Below, one piece after another: positions 37,591 through 48,115 of a stretch of 64,000 nucleotides of DNA. Within the stretch, counting starts at the first letter, position 1; each line of letters opens with the position of its first letter. The notes under the pieces are model-generated. The model searched no databases. It was not told the origin of the DNA and saw nothing but the letters and a program-made list of their open reading frames with translations. Location of the stretch: assembly GCA_965601925.1 (NCBI GenBank), contig OZ271854.1:2944001-3008000 (forward strand), given 5' to 3'. The stretch comes from Alkalispirochaeta sp. (GTDB taxonomy: Bacteria; Spirochaetota; Spirochaetia; DSM-27196; Alkalispirochaetaceae). Position numbers and translations under genes: made by a program.

Positions 37591-38691
37591 ATGGAAGGAC
37601 GGTTTCGATATCAGAGTATCGCGCGACATCTCCGGGAGCGCATTACCTCTCGCATGTATGCGGTCGGCGAGCGCATCCCGGGAGTACGTGCCTTGGGAAA
37701 AGAGTTCGGCGTGACCGCCCAGACGGTCGCGCGCGCCCTCAAAGAGCTCGAGGCTCGCAGCCTCGTCGAGTGTCGCCCCAAACGCGGCGTCTTCGTGCGT
37801 CCTCGCACCGATTGGGATGAGGGTGCCGTCGAGGACGGACGCGGGAGCCGGCTTATCGGGTTCATCGCCTTCGATACGCTCGTCTCACCCTATTGGTCGG
37901 GGGTGGTGAGCAGTTTCGAGGCGCGGTTGACCGAGGACTCCTATCACATGGTATTGGGGAACAGCATGCACGACGCCGATCGGGCGATCTCGTACGTGCG
38001 TTCGCTCTCGGCAAAGGGCATCGACGGTTTGGTCTACGTGCCGTTCGATGGCGTTGACGAGGAGTCGTATACCGTCGAGAACCGACGCGTGATGCGTGAG
38101 ATCGAGACCGCCGGTGTGCCCTTCGTCACGTTGGATCGATCGGTGCCGGGTGTCTCTGCGTGCCGCGTGGGGATCGATAACTACCAGTACGGCCTCACGC
38201 TCGCCGGGCGGCTCCAAAGCACCGGCGCGGTCAATCCGTTGTGCATCTCCGTCGGTTACTCGTCTTCTATCGCCGAGCGCGAGCGAGCCTACGTCGAGCG
38301 CTTCGGTCCGGCGGCGCGACTCGCCACGATTCCGACCAGCCGCGTCACCGAGGAGCACTTGGGACTCATCGCCGAAATCGTCGCGGACGCGAATCCGGAC
38401 GGACTCTTTCTCGTCAACTCGAGCGTACTCAATGGATATCTGCGCGCTCGCGACGCCGGTCTTATGGAGTCGACGCGACAGGTTCCGGTCGTCGCGTTTG
38501 AGGACTTTCCGGTGCGCGGAGCACAGGCGGTCGATTCGCGCTGTCTCCAGGGGATCGAACCGATGGCCCGGGCGGCGGCGGAGCTTATTCTGACGCGGGT
38601 GGACCGAAGGGATCACACCTTGTGGGGGAGCGCCGACATTTCGGTGCGCCTACCGTGTCGCATCATTGTAGGAGAAGGAGTTGAGGCGTGA
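37591..38691 (+). CDS. GntR-HTH plus LacI-type sensor domain regulator (paralog of 33446..34561)
   Basis: GERIPG, TVARAL.EL, GFIAFDT, KGIDGLVYVP shared with the paralog. Confidence 0.9.
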   Translation: MEGRFRYQSIARHLRERITSRMYAVGERIPGVRALGKEFGVTAQTVARALKELEARSLVECRPKRGVFVRPRTDWDEGAVEDGRGSRLIGFIAFDTLVSPYWSGVVSSFEARLTEDSYHMVLGNSMHDADRAISYVRSLSAKGIDGLVYVPFDGVDEESYTVENRRVMREIETAGVPFVTLDRSVPGVSACRVGIDNYQYGLTLAGRLQSTGAVNPLCISVGYSSSIAERERAYVERFGPAARLATIPTSRVTEEHLGLIAEIVADANPDGLFLVNSSVLNGYLRARDAGLMESTRQVPVVAFEDFPVRGAQAVDSRCLQGIEPMARAAAELILTRVDRRDHTLWGSADISVRLPCRIIVGEGVEA

Positions 38692-40307
38692 GTGCGTTTG
38701 ACATTGCGATTGTCGGAGGAGGGTTGGGTGCCACCGCATGCGCCCTCGCCGTTACCGATATGGGACTGCGGGCCGTACTCTTAGCCCACGACGAATGGTT
38801 AGGCGGGCAGATTTCCGGACAGGGCGTCCCACCCGACGAGCACCCGTGGATCGAGTCGTTGGGCGCGACAAGGCGCTATGCCGAGCTGCGCTATCGCGTT
38901 CGCGAGCGCTATCGCGCGACGCGGCCCCTGACCGATGCGGCGCGCTACGACCCTCAGCTCAACCCCGGCGCCGGCAGGGTAAGTCGCTTGTGTGCGGAGC
39001 CGGCGGTTTGGGAGCAGTGCATAGAGGATATGCTCTCCCCCGCGGTCGGGCGCGGCCTACTGGAGATCCGCCGAGCCGTGCGTCCCGTCGCGGTAAGTTG
39101 TCACGGCGACACCATAGGCGAGGTCGTAGTCGTAGATCGCGACGGCCGACGCGAGACAGTGGAAGCGTCGTGGTTCATCGACGGTACGGAATGGGGCGAT
39201 CTAATAGCGCTGGCCGATGTCGAGTCGGTCGTCGGTGCCGAGTCCGCTGCCGAGACCGGCGAGCTGCACGGCGCAGCGAATCCCGACGCCACCGACCAGC
39301 AGGCCGCCTCATGGTGCGCAGCGGTCGAACGGTGCCCCGGTGAAGATCACCGTATCGAGCGCCCCGACGATTATGAGCGCTGGAAGCGTCTCTCCCTCCC
39401 CGGATGGCCGGGGCCCCTGTTCAGTTGGACCGACCTCTCCCCCGACACACTCAGACCGCGATTTAAGTCCCTCATGGAGTTCGAGCGAAACGACGAGGGG
39501 CGCGACGAGTTCTCGCTGTGGGTGTATCGGCGCATTCGCGCCGCCGGCGTCTATCGCGACGACCGCTCGATTCGCGAGGCGACACTCATCAACTGGGTCC
39601 AGATCGACTGTACCGGCACTCAGTTCGTCGGCGTCGACGAGGCGGCCCGACGACGCGGTCTCGAGGAGGCGCGACGACAGACCACGGCATTTATCTACTG
39701 GCTCCAGAACGATGCTCCGCGCCACGACGGCGGGGAGGGATATCCGGAGCTGCGACCCGCGGGCGACCTCATGGGGAGCGTCGACGGTCTTGCCCGAGAG
39801 ATCTACGTGCGCGAGTCACGACGCATCCGCGCCCACAGAACGATTACCGAGGCCGATGTCGGCGTCGAGATGCGCGACGGCATGTCCCCTGGGGCGGCGC
39901 AGTTCTCCGATTCCGTGGGCGTAGGGTCATATCGTATCGACCTCCATCCGAGCACCTCGGGCCGTACCTACGTCGACATCAGCACCTGGCCGTTTCAGAT
40001 CCCCCTCGGCTCCCTTGTTCCCGTCGCCGCGCGCAACCTCGTTCCGGCGTCCAAAAACATCGGTACGACCCACGTTACCAACGGGTGCTATCGTCTGCAT
40101 CCGATCGAGTGGAACATCGGCGAGGCGGCGGGCGTGACCGCTGCACATTGCGCGCGCGCCGGCGAGCCGGTGCAAGCGGCCGCCGGGTCGCTCACCGGCG
40201 ATATACAACGGACGATGGAGACCACGTTCGGAGCCGATCTCGCATGGCCGCGTTGGGCGAGGGAGACACCTCGTCTGGGCTCGGAGATGCCGGGGCAGCG
40301 CTCATGA
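38688..40307 (+). CDS. FAD-dependent oxidoreductase
   Basis: DIAIVGGGLG..ACA, WLGGQ, YVRESRR, YRIDLHP, YRLHPIEWNIGEAAG. Confidence 0.9.
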   Translation: MSAFDIAIVGGGLGATACALAVTDMGLRAVLLAHDEWLGGQISGQGVPPDEHPWIESLGATRRYAELRYRVRERYRATRPLTDAARYDPQLNPGAGRVSRLCAEPAVWEQCIEDMLSPAVGRGLLEIRRAVRPVAVSCHGDTIGEVVVVDRDGRRETVEASWFIDGTEWGDLIALADVESVVGAESAAETGELHGAANPDATDQQAASWCAAVERCPGEDHRIERPDDYERWKRLSLPGWPGPLFSWTDLSPDTLRPRFKSLMEFERNDEGRDEFSLWVYRRIRAAGVYRDDRSIREATLINWVQIDCTGTQFVGVDEAARRRGLEEARRQTTAFIYWLQNDAPRHDGGEGYPELRPAGDLMGSVDGLAREIYVRESRRIRAHRTITEADVGVEMRDGMSPGAAQFSDSVGVGSYRIDLHPSTSGRTYVDISTWPFQIPLGSLVPVAARNLVPASKNIGTTHVTNGCYRLHPIEWNIGEAAGVTAAHCARAGEPVQAAAGSLTGDIQRTMETTFGADLAWPRWARETPRLGSEMPGQRS

Positions 40308-41953
40308 GCGGTCGTAACGCGGTACCCGGAAGCCTCGCGGATCGAGGTGAGCTCAACGCGATTCTCTCTCGCGCGGTAACCTGTTCGCGGATATATGAGT
40401 CGGATAGTCTGGATGACGATCTACGCATGATTGCACGGCTCGGCGCGCGGTTTTTGGGACGCGCCGCGTACGCCTGGTTGGTACCCGATGACGAGGAGGC
40501 GCACTTTACCGAGGTCGACACGCTGACTCGGCGCGTCCACACCGAGATCGACGACGGAATCGTCGTCCAGGCGTGTCTTTTTGAAGCGATCTACCCCGGC
40601 ATATCGCGGATTCCCGTGCCGGAGTGGGTCTTTCGCGACCTGGACGAGCCGGTGGAGGCGCGATGCTTCGACTACGAGGCGATGGTCGGCGCAGTGCGGC
40701 CCCCCAACCAAGGGTTGGGAAGCCCGTGGGCGGGAGGCGCGGCGCCGGACCTATCCTTAGACGAGACGCTCCGGTGGTTTTACTACCGCGCCGGGCGGTA
40801 TATGGACGTGGGGTGCGAGGCGCTCCACATCGGACAGATTCACCTTATCGCCGGCGCGGATCGAGGCTATCGTGCGGCCGAGCGGTTGATCGAGGCGATA
40901 CGCCGCCGCGCTGCCGGGCATGCGCGACGGGGATGGGTGATCCTCGACGCCCACAGCCACGGAATTGCGCGCAACGGTCGACTCTTCTTTGATTTCACCA
41001 GTCGTCCACTGAGCGCGCGGGCGGTTCGGTCGTACCCCGAGGGGATTGCGTTGGTGCGTCGCGGCACGCGTCTCGGAGGCCGACACCCCGGCGGCTGGAT
41101 GTGCGACGACGCGCCGGTACTCTTGGAGGTGGATAACTGGCACGGATACTCTCTGGAACCCGACCCGGCACTCTGGCTCGACGGCGATCGTAGAGCCGAG
41201 GCGGGGCGATGGGGATGGGACGACATCAACTGGTTTAGCTATCAAACACCGGATCTGCGACGGGACTTTTTGCGCTACGCCGACTCATGGGCGCGCCTCC
41301 AAGGCGCGGAGTGGCACTTTCAACCGCCGATACGACGGCCGTTGGGGCGCGCAGCGATCCGAAGGCCCGACGGTCCGATCATCCCCTATTATCGGGCAAA
41401 TGAATCGGGACCGGCGTGCCCCGACGGGTTCGGCGACGAGGCGGCGATCGCCTCGTTGTGGAGCGCCGCGCGTTCTTTTGAGCCGGAAACGGCGACCCCA
41501 TCCGCGAGCGAGCCGCCCCGCTCGCCGTCCGGCGTCGATATTGCCGAGCCCGTCGCCCTCGTAGGCGAGATCCAGGAGCACATCGGCGGGATACCCGGCG
41601 ACGCATCGTGCCCCTGGAGCACCCTCCGCCACATCGGGGAGGGGCGATTTGCACGGCGCTACGCCTTTCCCGTCGCCGCCGATCTACGCTGCACGGTAAC
41701 CGTCGGTGGAACCGGTACCGACCCCACTAACGAGGACGGAATCTCAGGCTCTCCCCCGTACACGGTACGCGTTACACGACCCGGACAAGTGTTGGAGTTC
41801 GTGTTCGATTGGGAGACGCGCCGGCTCGCGGTGCGCGACGTCGAGTCCGGCAAGAGCGCGCTCATATCGGCGTCGCGGGCCGTACCCGCCCGGGAGCGCC
41901 GTAGAGCGGGCGCAGTAGCGATACCCGATCCGTTGCCGACCGACTGGTTCTAA
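40304..41953 (+). CDS. Hypothetical protein, putative glycan-active domain plus X25-like C-terminal module
   Basis: ATGA overlap at 40304 defines the start. Aromatic/acidic-rich core (QACLFE, EALHIGQ, LLEVDN, WGWDDINWF). C-terminal VALVGEIQ..IGG beta module. Confidence 0.65.
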   Translation: MSGRNAVPGSLADRGELNAILSRAVTCSRIYESDSLDDDLRMIARLGARFLGRAAYAWLVPDDEEAHFTEVDTLTRRVHTEIDDGIVVQACLFEAIYPGISRIPVPEWVFRDLDEPVEARCFDYEAMVGAVRPPNQGLGSPWAGGAAPDLSLDETLRWFYYRAGRYMDVGCEALHIGQIHLIAGADRGYRAAERLIEAIRRRAAGHARRGWVILDAHSHGIARNGRLFFDFTSRPLSARAVRSYPEGIALVRRGTRLGGRHPGGWMCDDAPVLLEVDNWHGYSLEPDPALWLDGDRRAEAGRWGWDDINWFSYQTPDLRRDFLRYADSWARLQGAEWHFQPPIRRPLGRAAIRRPDGPIIPYYRANESGPACPDGFGDEAAIASLWSAARSFEPETATPSASEPPRSPSGVDIAEPVALVGEIQEHIGGIPGDASCPWSTLRHIGEGRFARRYAFPVAADLRCTVTVGGTGTDPTNEDGISGSPPYTVRVTRPGQVLEFVFDWETRRLAVRDVESGKSALISASRAVPARERRRAGAVAIPDPLPTDWF

Positions 41954-42094
41954 GGGCGGAGGTCGTAGGTGGACGAACGAATCCTGCACACAGCGGCATG
42001 GTGCCGATGCGAGGAACGCAGCCTCCGGGCTGCCGAGTGATCGACACCGCCGCACGCTCGTCCGTGTCGAGTCACCGCGGACACGATGCTGTCC

Positions 42095-43036
42095 TCAGGG
42101 CACAGCCACCGCGTAGGCGAGGAAGGCGAGGATGCTTACAACGGTTCCGACGGTTACTACGGCGTTCGCGAGCTCTTCGCCCTTCCTATCTCCATAGCTC
42201 CCTACGAAGATCGGGAGAGAAAAGAGCGGCGGCAGAACGAGGAAGGTGAATACTGCGTGGCCGAAGAGTACGGGATCGCTCGTCACGATACGATCGAGAA
42301 CGAGGACCTTGAAGGTGTAGCCGATACCGAACACCAGGGCGAAGCGCGCCAACGTGAAGGCCGTTCCCACCCTGACGGCCTTCCAATCCAAAGACAATCC
42401 GTAGCCGATGACGATGAGGATTAAGGGCGTCGTCGTCGCTGCAAGGAAGCGAGCCGACTCCATAAGTCCGGCGAAGAAGAAGTTGCCGTTGAGGAACTCC
42501 CGCAGTCCTACGGCGTTCGCCGCAAGACCGACGATAATCGCGATGATGAGGGGCGAACGAAGGATGTTCAGAAGCGATCGAGCACTGAAGCCCTCCCTGT
42601 CGTAGTGCAGCATGATCAGGGGATAGTACAGGAACCACACAAAGAGCTCGTGGCCGACACCCATGACGGAAAAGATTCCAAGATTCTCCTCACCGAAGAC
42701 GATCGCAAACAGTGGGATACCGAGAAACCCAAAGGCGAAACCGGTACCGAAAAAGGGGAGGAGCGGCTCGCCGGGGCGCAGGAGGCGCTGTGCGAAGGCC
42801 CCGACGGCAAAGAAGACGACGAGCATCGCAATGACGGCCAGAACGAGATAGAGAAATTCGAGGCGCAGATGGATGTTGAGAAAGGCGAGGAAAAGCACCG
42901 CCGGAAGTCCCAGGTTCATCACGAGCGTCTTCACGCCGTCGATCGCGTTCCGGTCCAGGAGGTGGGTGCGCCTCACGACGACGCCGAGGCCTATCAGCAC
43001 AACGATGGGAATAACGTTCGATACGACTTGCTGCAT
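42095..43036 (-). CDS. AEC (auxin efflux carrier) family transporter
   Basis: About 10 TM, LPAVLF, GFLGIPL, PLILIVIG. Confidence 0.85.
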   Translation of the reverse strand: MQQVVSNVIPIVVLIGLGVVVRRTHLLDRNAIDGVKTLVMNLGLPAVLFLAFLNIHLRLEFLYLVLAVIAMLVVFFAVGAFAQRLLRPGEPLLPFFGTGFAFGFLGIPLFAIVFGEENLGIFSVMGVGHELFVWFLYYPLIMLHYDREGFSARSLLNILRSPLIIAIIVGLAANAVGLREFLNGNFFFAGLMESARFLAATTTPLILIVIGYGLSLDWKAVRVGTAFTLARFALVFGIGYTFKVLVLDRIVTSDPVLFGHAVFTFLVLPPLFSLPIFVGSYGDRKGEELANAVVTVGTVVSILAFLAYAVAVP

Positions 43037-43040
43037 ATAT

Positions 43041-46000
43041 CTACCTCATCAGAAAGCTACGGATTTCGTACGGGCCGAACGCACTATCTCGGAGCGAGGG
43101 GGCGGCTCCACCGGATTCTTTCTCAATGGGTCGCTCGAGAAGGTCCGTCTCGATGAACTGTGAAGGAATGCGATCGGCGTCGACCGAGGCAGTTACCGCC
43201 GAGCCCGTCGCTTCGTAGGCGCGGACAATCAGTCCCTCGCCCGATTCCGCCTCTTTGATCGTTTCGATGACTATCTCCGGGGCGTCGACACTGAAGCTCG
43301 AATGGTGAGCCGGGAGCGCGTCGTCGCCGGGGGGCGCACTCGACCGCTCGTGCACGATGAGAGGCACGTTGTGCTCGTAGCCTCGGCGGTGGACGCCCCC
43401 TTGGGCCCGATCTCCCTCGTGCGGATAGAGTGCGTAGCGAAACTCGTGTTCACCGATATCGCTTTCCGGATCGGGCCGTACGGGGCTTCGAACGAGGGAG
43501 AGGCGTATCGTGCCGTCGTGTATGTCACAACCGTAACTCCCGTCGTTCAGCAGTGCGACGCCGTACCGGGGTTCAGACAGATCGACCCAGTAGTGCATCG
43601 GTACCTCGTATTTGGCCCGCTCCCACGACGTGTTCCGGTGTGTGGCGCGCTCAACCGCGCCGAACGGGGCGTGGGTTTCGGCGCGACGCGACCGCATAGT
43701 CGTTGGAAAAGCGACCTTTAAGAGCTTCCGGTCGTTTTTCCACGTCACCTTCGTCTCGAACTCGATGTGCCGCTCGTGCCGATACAGCCACATCCGTTGC
43801 TCGATTCTCGAATCGAGAACGGTCCAACTCGCCTCCACTACCACGAAGAGGGGACCGGACGAGACGCGCTTCCACGGACGCTCGAGCTCGACGGGAATGG
43901 GGTGCTCATCGATATGATAGGCGATATCCCAGGCGCTGAACTTCTCGCCCGGGTCGTCGTCAAGGACTTGAAAGGCATTCGCCCGCCCCGCTACCACGTC
44001 CCGTCGAGCCTCACGGTCGAACAGCCGTGAGACGGCGCCCCCTTCGTCCCATTCGAGGAGATAGTGGGGAGTCCGAATCGTGCAGCCCTCCATATGCATC
44101 CACGCGTCGTCACCGCCGTCTCGTTCACTGTGATGGAGGCTCACCGTGCTCCAGCCTACCGACGGCACCTCATCGAGACGAATCCACAGCGCTCCGTTGT
44201 GCTCCTGGCACGGGAGGTCCGCGCCGTTCGGACCGCGTGCCGCAAGCTCGTTCGCAGAAAGCCGGTCGAGGGGGAGTGCTATGTAGCCGCTCCGTCGCCA
44301 CGACAAGGAGTTGTACACCACATACGACCGCAACGCGCCGTGTACTCCGCCGACGCGTTCTCCAATCCACGCCGCCGATCGTGTGAGAATGGTTCGACCC
44401 ACCTCGCGAGCTTCGGCGTACGCCGCGTCGATCTGGTCGTGGGCGGCGGGCACGTGGGTTCCCGTGAGCGTGTCGTGAAACTGGTTCAACAGCAAGAGCT
44501 TCCACCCGACGTTGAGCTCATCCTGAAAAGATGGTGCGCCGTGGATGCGACTGAGGCTTCCGATCACTTCGGCGTTTCGATATAGAACCTCGAGGCTACG
44601 GTTTTCCCGCTTGAGGCGCGCGCGACTGGTGTAGGTCCCGCGATGCGTTTCGAGATACAACTCGTCGTCCCATATCGGCAACGCCTCTCTGCGGGCCGAA
44701 AGTCTGTCGAAAAACGAATCGACCGTGTCGATCGACACATCGGGCAGGCCGGGGAAGGATTCGGTCGTGGTACTTGCGGCGACCATTTCGCGGGTCGGAC
44801 CTCCTCCGCCGTCGGCGGGGCCGTATACGAACATCGTATCCGGGACGGTGTAGCGGTGCCGGTAGCGCTTCCAATGGCGGCGGAGATTCGCTATCGAATA
44901 GTCTTGGCCGAAATGCGTGGACGGGAAGTGGGCGATAACCTCGCTTCCGTCCGGCCCTCGCCAACGGAAGCTGTCGTAGGGAAAGTCATTCGTGTCGTTC
45001 CAGATGTTGAGCTTCACGGTCGAGAAGTACTCGATACCGCTCTTCTTGAGGATTTGCGGGAGTGTATGCATCACGCCGAAGACGTCGGGGAGCCAGCATG
45101 TTCTGGCCTCGACGCCGAACGCTTCATGGAAGAAGCGCTGTCCGAACAGGATGTGCCGAATGAGGCTCTCCGAACCCGGTAGGTTGCCGTCGGGCTCGAT
45201 ATACATGGCGCCTACCGGCTCCCAGCGCCCCTCGGCGACGCGCATGCGCACCTCGTCGAAGAGTTCGGGACAGTCCCGTTTAAGCTGTTCGTAGAGCCAC
45301 GGCTGACTCCAGCTGAACTTGTAATCCGGAAACTCGCGCATGAGGCTGAGCTGGTTGGCCACACTACGACAGTTTTTGCGAAACGTCTCCTTGAGGGGCC
45401 ACAGATACACCAAGTCGAGATGGGAGTGGGCGCAGACCGATATGTGGCCCGGGACGCGAAAGAAATGACCATCGGCGGTAAAGGAACGAAGCGCGGCGTG
45501 AGCCCGTTCTATCTCCTCGAAGTCGATACGGTCGAGGAGCGTCGGCGGTCCGAGTCGGGCGATACTCTGCTCCAGGGCGTGGAGCAGGAGCTCTTCGAGT
45601 TCTCCGTCGGCGTCGTCGTCCCAAAAGGACTCGTAGGCGCCGTAGGCGAGCTCGGCGTCGCGAAGATAGGCCTCGAGGCGGCGATCGATGCGGGCGATAC
45701 GGGCGCGACGAAACTCGTGGATGTTCCGCTCGTCGCCGCGCCTATAGTCGTACGGGTAGTTGATGATGAAGGCTTCAATCTCGATCGTAATCGCCTCGGC
45801 GCGCTCCTTGAGGCCGTGGAGGGGCACGACGCTCCGGTTCCAATCGAGGCCCTGCCACGCCCGGCCGTTCAGTCGTACCAACGCCTCCCCTCCATCCAAA
45901 TCGATATCGAGCACGGCATCGTCGCCGCGATGGGTGGATGGCACGGTCACGGCGGTGCGAAAGAAACAGGTAGTATCCTCGCCACCCCACGTTTCTCCCA

Positions 46001-46196
46001 CGTCGATGGGCGACCAACCCGCATCAACGTGACGGTAGTCCCCGGGGGCGACGTAGCGCGCCCGTCGGTGCTCCCAGTTCGGGATGTCCACCGGGTCGAC
46101 AAGCACCCGTTGTTGCAGTCGATCGAGCACCCGGCGAATGCGGTGAATCGGAAGGTCTGCGCTCCGCTCGGGGTCTATCGGTTTTCGTCTCGCCAT
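43041..46196 (-). CDS. GH38 alpha-mannosidase
   Basis: HSHLD..LWP, WLPDVFG, ELYLETHRGTYTS, NQFHDTLTG, LLNDG.YG. Confidence 0.95.
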   Translation of the reverse strand: MARRKPIDPERSADLPIHRIRRVLDRLQQRVLVDPVDIPNWEHRRARYVAPGDYRHVDAGWSPIDVGETWGGEDTTCFFRTAVTVPSTHRGDDAVLDIDLDGGEALVRLNGRAWQGLDWNRSVVPLHGLKERAEAITIEIEAFIINYPYDYRRGDERNIHEFRRARIARIDRRLEAYLRDAELAYGAYESFWDDDADGELEELLLHALEQSIARLGPPTLLDRIDFEEIERAHAALRSFTADGHFFRVPGHISVCAHSHLDLVYLWPLKETFRKNCRSVANQLSLMREFPDYKFSWSQPWLYEQLKRDCPELFDEVRMRVAEGRWEPVGAMYIEPDGNLPGSESLIRHILFGQRFFHEAFGVEARTCWLPDVFGVMHTLPQILKKSGIEYFSTVKLNIWNDTNDFPYDSFRWRGPDGSEVIAHFPSTHFGQDYSIANLRRHWKRYRHRYTVPDTMFVYGPADGGGGPTREMVAASTTTESFPGLPDVSIDTVDSFFDRLSARREALPIWDDELYLETHRGTYTSRARLKRENRSLEVLYRNAEVIGSLSRIHGAPSFQDELNVGWKLLLLNQFHDTLTGTHVPAAHDQIDAAYAEAREVGRTILTRSAAWIGERVGGVHGALRSYVVYNSLSWRRSGYIALPLDRLSANELAARGPNGADLPCQEHNGALWIRLDEVPSVGWSTVSLHHSERDGGDDAWMHMEGCTIRTPHYLLEWDEGGAVSRLFDREARRDVVAGRANAFQVLDDDPGEKFSAWDIAYHIDEHPIPVELERPWKRVSSGPLFVVVEASWTVLDSRIEQRMWLYRHERHIEFETKVTWKNDRKLLKVAFPTTMRSRRAETHAPFGAVERATHRNTSWERAKYEVPMHYWVDLSEPRYGVALLNDGSYGCDIHDGTIRLSLVRSPVRPDPESDIGEHEFRYALYPHEGDRAQGGVHRRGYEHNVPLIVHERSSAPPGDDALPAHHSSFSVDAPEIVIETIKEAESGEGLIVRAYEATGSAVTASVDADRIPSQFIETDLLERPIEKESGGAAPSLRDSAFGPYEIRSFLMR

Positions 46197-46203
46197 GGAG
46201 TCC

Positions 46204-47118
46204 TCACTGTTTGACGGCGCCGCTCGTTAGGCCGGCGATGAAGTAGCGTTGAAAGACGGTGAACAAGAGGAGTACGGGAATGCTGGCCAGGATTGAGGCG
46301 GCGGCGATGAGATGCCACGACCCGCTGCCGTACTCACCGAAAAAGTTGTACAGGCCGACGGTGTAGGGCAGCGTTTCCCGTCCGCGGCTGAGAGCGAGGA
46401 CGAGCATGAACTCGTTCCAGGCCCGGGTGAAGGCGAAGATAGCCGCCGTAGCCAGGCCCGGCGACGCCAGAGGAAGCATGATGCTCGCGAAGATGCGCAG
46501 ATGGCCGGCGCCGTCGATGCGCGCCGATTCCATGAGTCCTGTCGGCATGGAGGAGAAATAGCCCATCATGAGCCACGTGCTGAAGGGCGTCACAAAGACG
46601 ATCATCGCGAGCGAGAGGCCGGCAAAACTGAAGGCGAGGCCGAAACTTGCGAGGACCAAAAAGAGGGGCACGATCATCAGCACGATAGGAATCTGCTGCG
46701 CCAACAGGACGAAGACGCGGAAGAAGCCGCGCAGAGGAAAGTGGTAGAGGGCGAGGACGTAGCCCGCCATGGTACTGATGAGCAGGGAGACGACGGTGGT
46801 GACGACGGCGAGGCGAAAACTGTTCCAAAAGGGGCGAACTCCGGGGGGTAACGCCGGCCCCTCGACGGAGAGGCGTCCGATACCGATCGGAGGACGAAAC
46901 TCCTCTCCGCCGCCGAAGCCGCGATCCTGGAGGACACGTCCGAAGTTCTCAAGAGTGAATGTCTCGGGAATAATCGACGGCGGATAGGTTGCCGCCTCTT
47001 CCGGCGTCTTAACCGACGCGCCGACCATCCACAAGAGGGGCGCGATCGAGAACAAGAGCCAGCCCACGATGACCACATACGAGAAGATCTTCCATGGGAG
47101 GGGTGAACGGCCGGTCAT
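46204..47118 (-). CDS. Carbohydrate ABC transporter permease
   Basis: ESARIDGA, AWNEF, QRYFIAGLTSGAVK. AGGAG SD before ATG 47118. Confidence 0.95.
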   Translation of the reverse strand: MTGRSPLPWKIFSYVVIVGWLLFSIAPLLWMVGASVKTPEEAATYPPSIIPETFTLENFGRVLQDRGFGGGEEFRPPIGIGRLSVEGPALPPGVRPFWNSFRLAVVTTVVSLLISTMAGYVLALYHFPLRGFFRVFVLLAQQIPIVLMIVPLFLVLASFGLAFSFAGLSLAMIVFVTPFSTWLMMGYFSSMPTGLMESARIDGAGHLRIFASIMLPLASPGLATAAIFAFTRAWNEFMLVLALSRGRETLPYTVGLYNFFGEYGSGSWHLIAAASILASIPVLLLFTVFQRYFIAGLTSGAVKQ

Positions 47119-47141
47119 ACGGGTACTCCTTTCTGCGAGGA

Positions 47142-48044
47142 TCAGTTCTTCTCGCGAAACCATCGAAGAAATACGAAGGTGAGGGCCAGGTTGAATGCCA
47201 ACAGCACCATCGAGATAGCGGCGCCGTATCCGAAGCGGCCCAGGATGAAGGCCTGTTCGTACATGTAGAGTCCCACGACGGAGCTGTTATGGAGCGGTCC
47301 GCCGCCGGTCATGATAAAAATCAGGTCGAAGACGTTGAGTGTCGACATCGTGGCGTACAGGATGTTCAGAAGCGTAAAACGCCGTAGCATCGGCACCGTG
47401 ATACGCGTGATCTTTTGCCAAATCGAGGCCCCGTCGATGGACGCCGCCTCGTAGAGCTGATCGGGGATGCTCTGGAGCCCCGAGGATTGCACAAGCATCG
47501 AGAATGCCGTGCCGCGCCACACATTGGCGACGACAATCGCCGGGATGACCAAGACGCGACTCGTCAAAAGCGACACCGGCTCCATGCCGATATGCAAGAG
47601 GAGTCGATTGATGAGGCCCACGCGACTGTCGTAGATGAAGACCCACGAGTAGGCGACGACGACGTTCGCGACGACCCACGGCAGGAGGACGAGGGAGCGC
47701 ATAAGGCGGCGGCCGACGATGAAGCGTTGGTTCAGCAAAATCGCGAGGGCCGTGCCGAAGAGAACTTGGAGGCTCACCGAGCCTGCAACGAAGACGATCG
47801 TGTTCGGCACGACTTTTTGCCAGAAGGTGGAGTCTCCCAAGAGTTCGGAGTAGTTTTCAAGCCACACGAAGGGCGAGGGCCGCCCGCCGGCGAGTCTCGC
47901 GAGGCTGATGTCCTGCATGCTCCAGAGTGTTCCGCGCGCCAGGGGGTAGAACATCAGCATGACGTACAAGACCACGAGGGGAAGCAGGAACATATAGGCA
48001 AAGGAGACCTGTCGGAATCGATCGCCGAGGACCAATTTTTTCAT
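47142..48044 (-). CDS. Sugar ABC transporter permease
   Basis: FVWLENY, LYEAASIDGA, MTGGGP. Confidence 0.95.
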   Translation of the reverse strand: MKKLVLGDRFRQVSFAYMFLLPLVVLYVMLMFYPLARGTLWSMQDISLARLAGGRPSPFVWLENYSELLGDSTFWQKVVPNTIVFVAGSVSLQVLFGTALAILLNQRFIVGRRLMRSLVLLPWVVANVVVAYSWVFIYDSRVGLINRLLLHIGMEPVSLLTSRVLVIPAIVVANVWRGTAFSMLVQSSGLQSIPDQLYEAASIDGASIWQKITRITVPMLRRFTLLNILYATMSTLNVFDLIFIMTGGGPLHNSSVVGLYMYEQAFILGRFGYGAAISMVLLAFNLALTFVFLRWFREKN

Positions 48045-48069
48045 GTCGATTATCTCCGTAGTACAAAGA

Positions 48070-48098
48070 GTGTCCCCGAGTATCGCCTTCGGGGACAC
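48070..48098 (-). terminator. Stem-loop between the binding-protein and permease genes (mRNA stabiliser or partial terminator)
   Basis: Perfect 10-bp stem GTGTCCCCGA / TCGGGGACAC with 9-nt loop. Confidence 0.7.
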
Positions 48099-48115
48099 GA
48101 AACGGAACGGCGCAC

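Noticed and set aside
39518..40303. N-terminal extension giving an 811-aa ORF
   Set aside because: Arg-rich off-frame overlap with the FAD oxidoreductase. The ATGA junction at 40304 is the better start.
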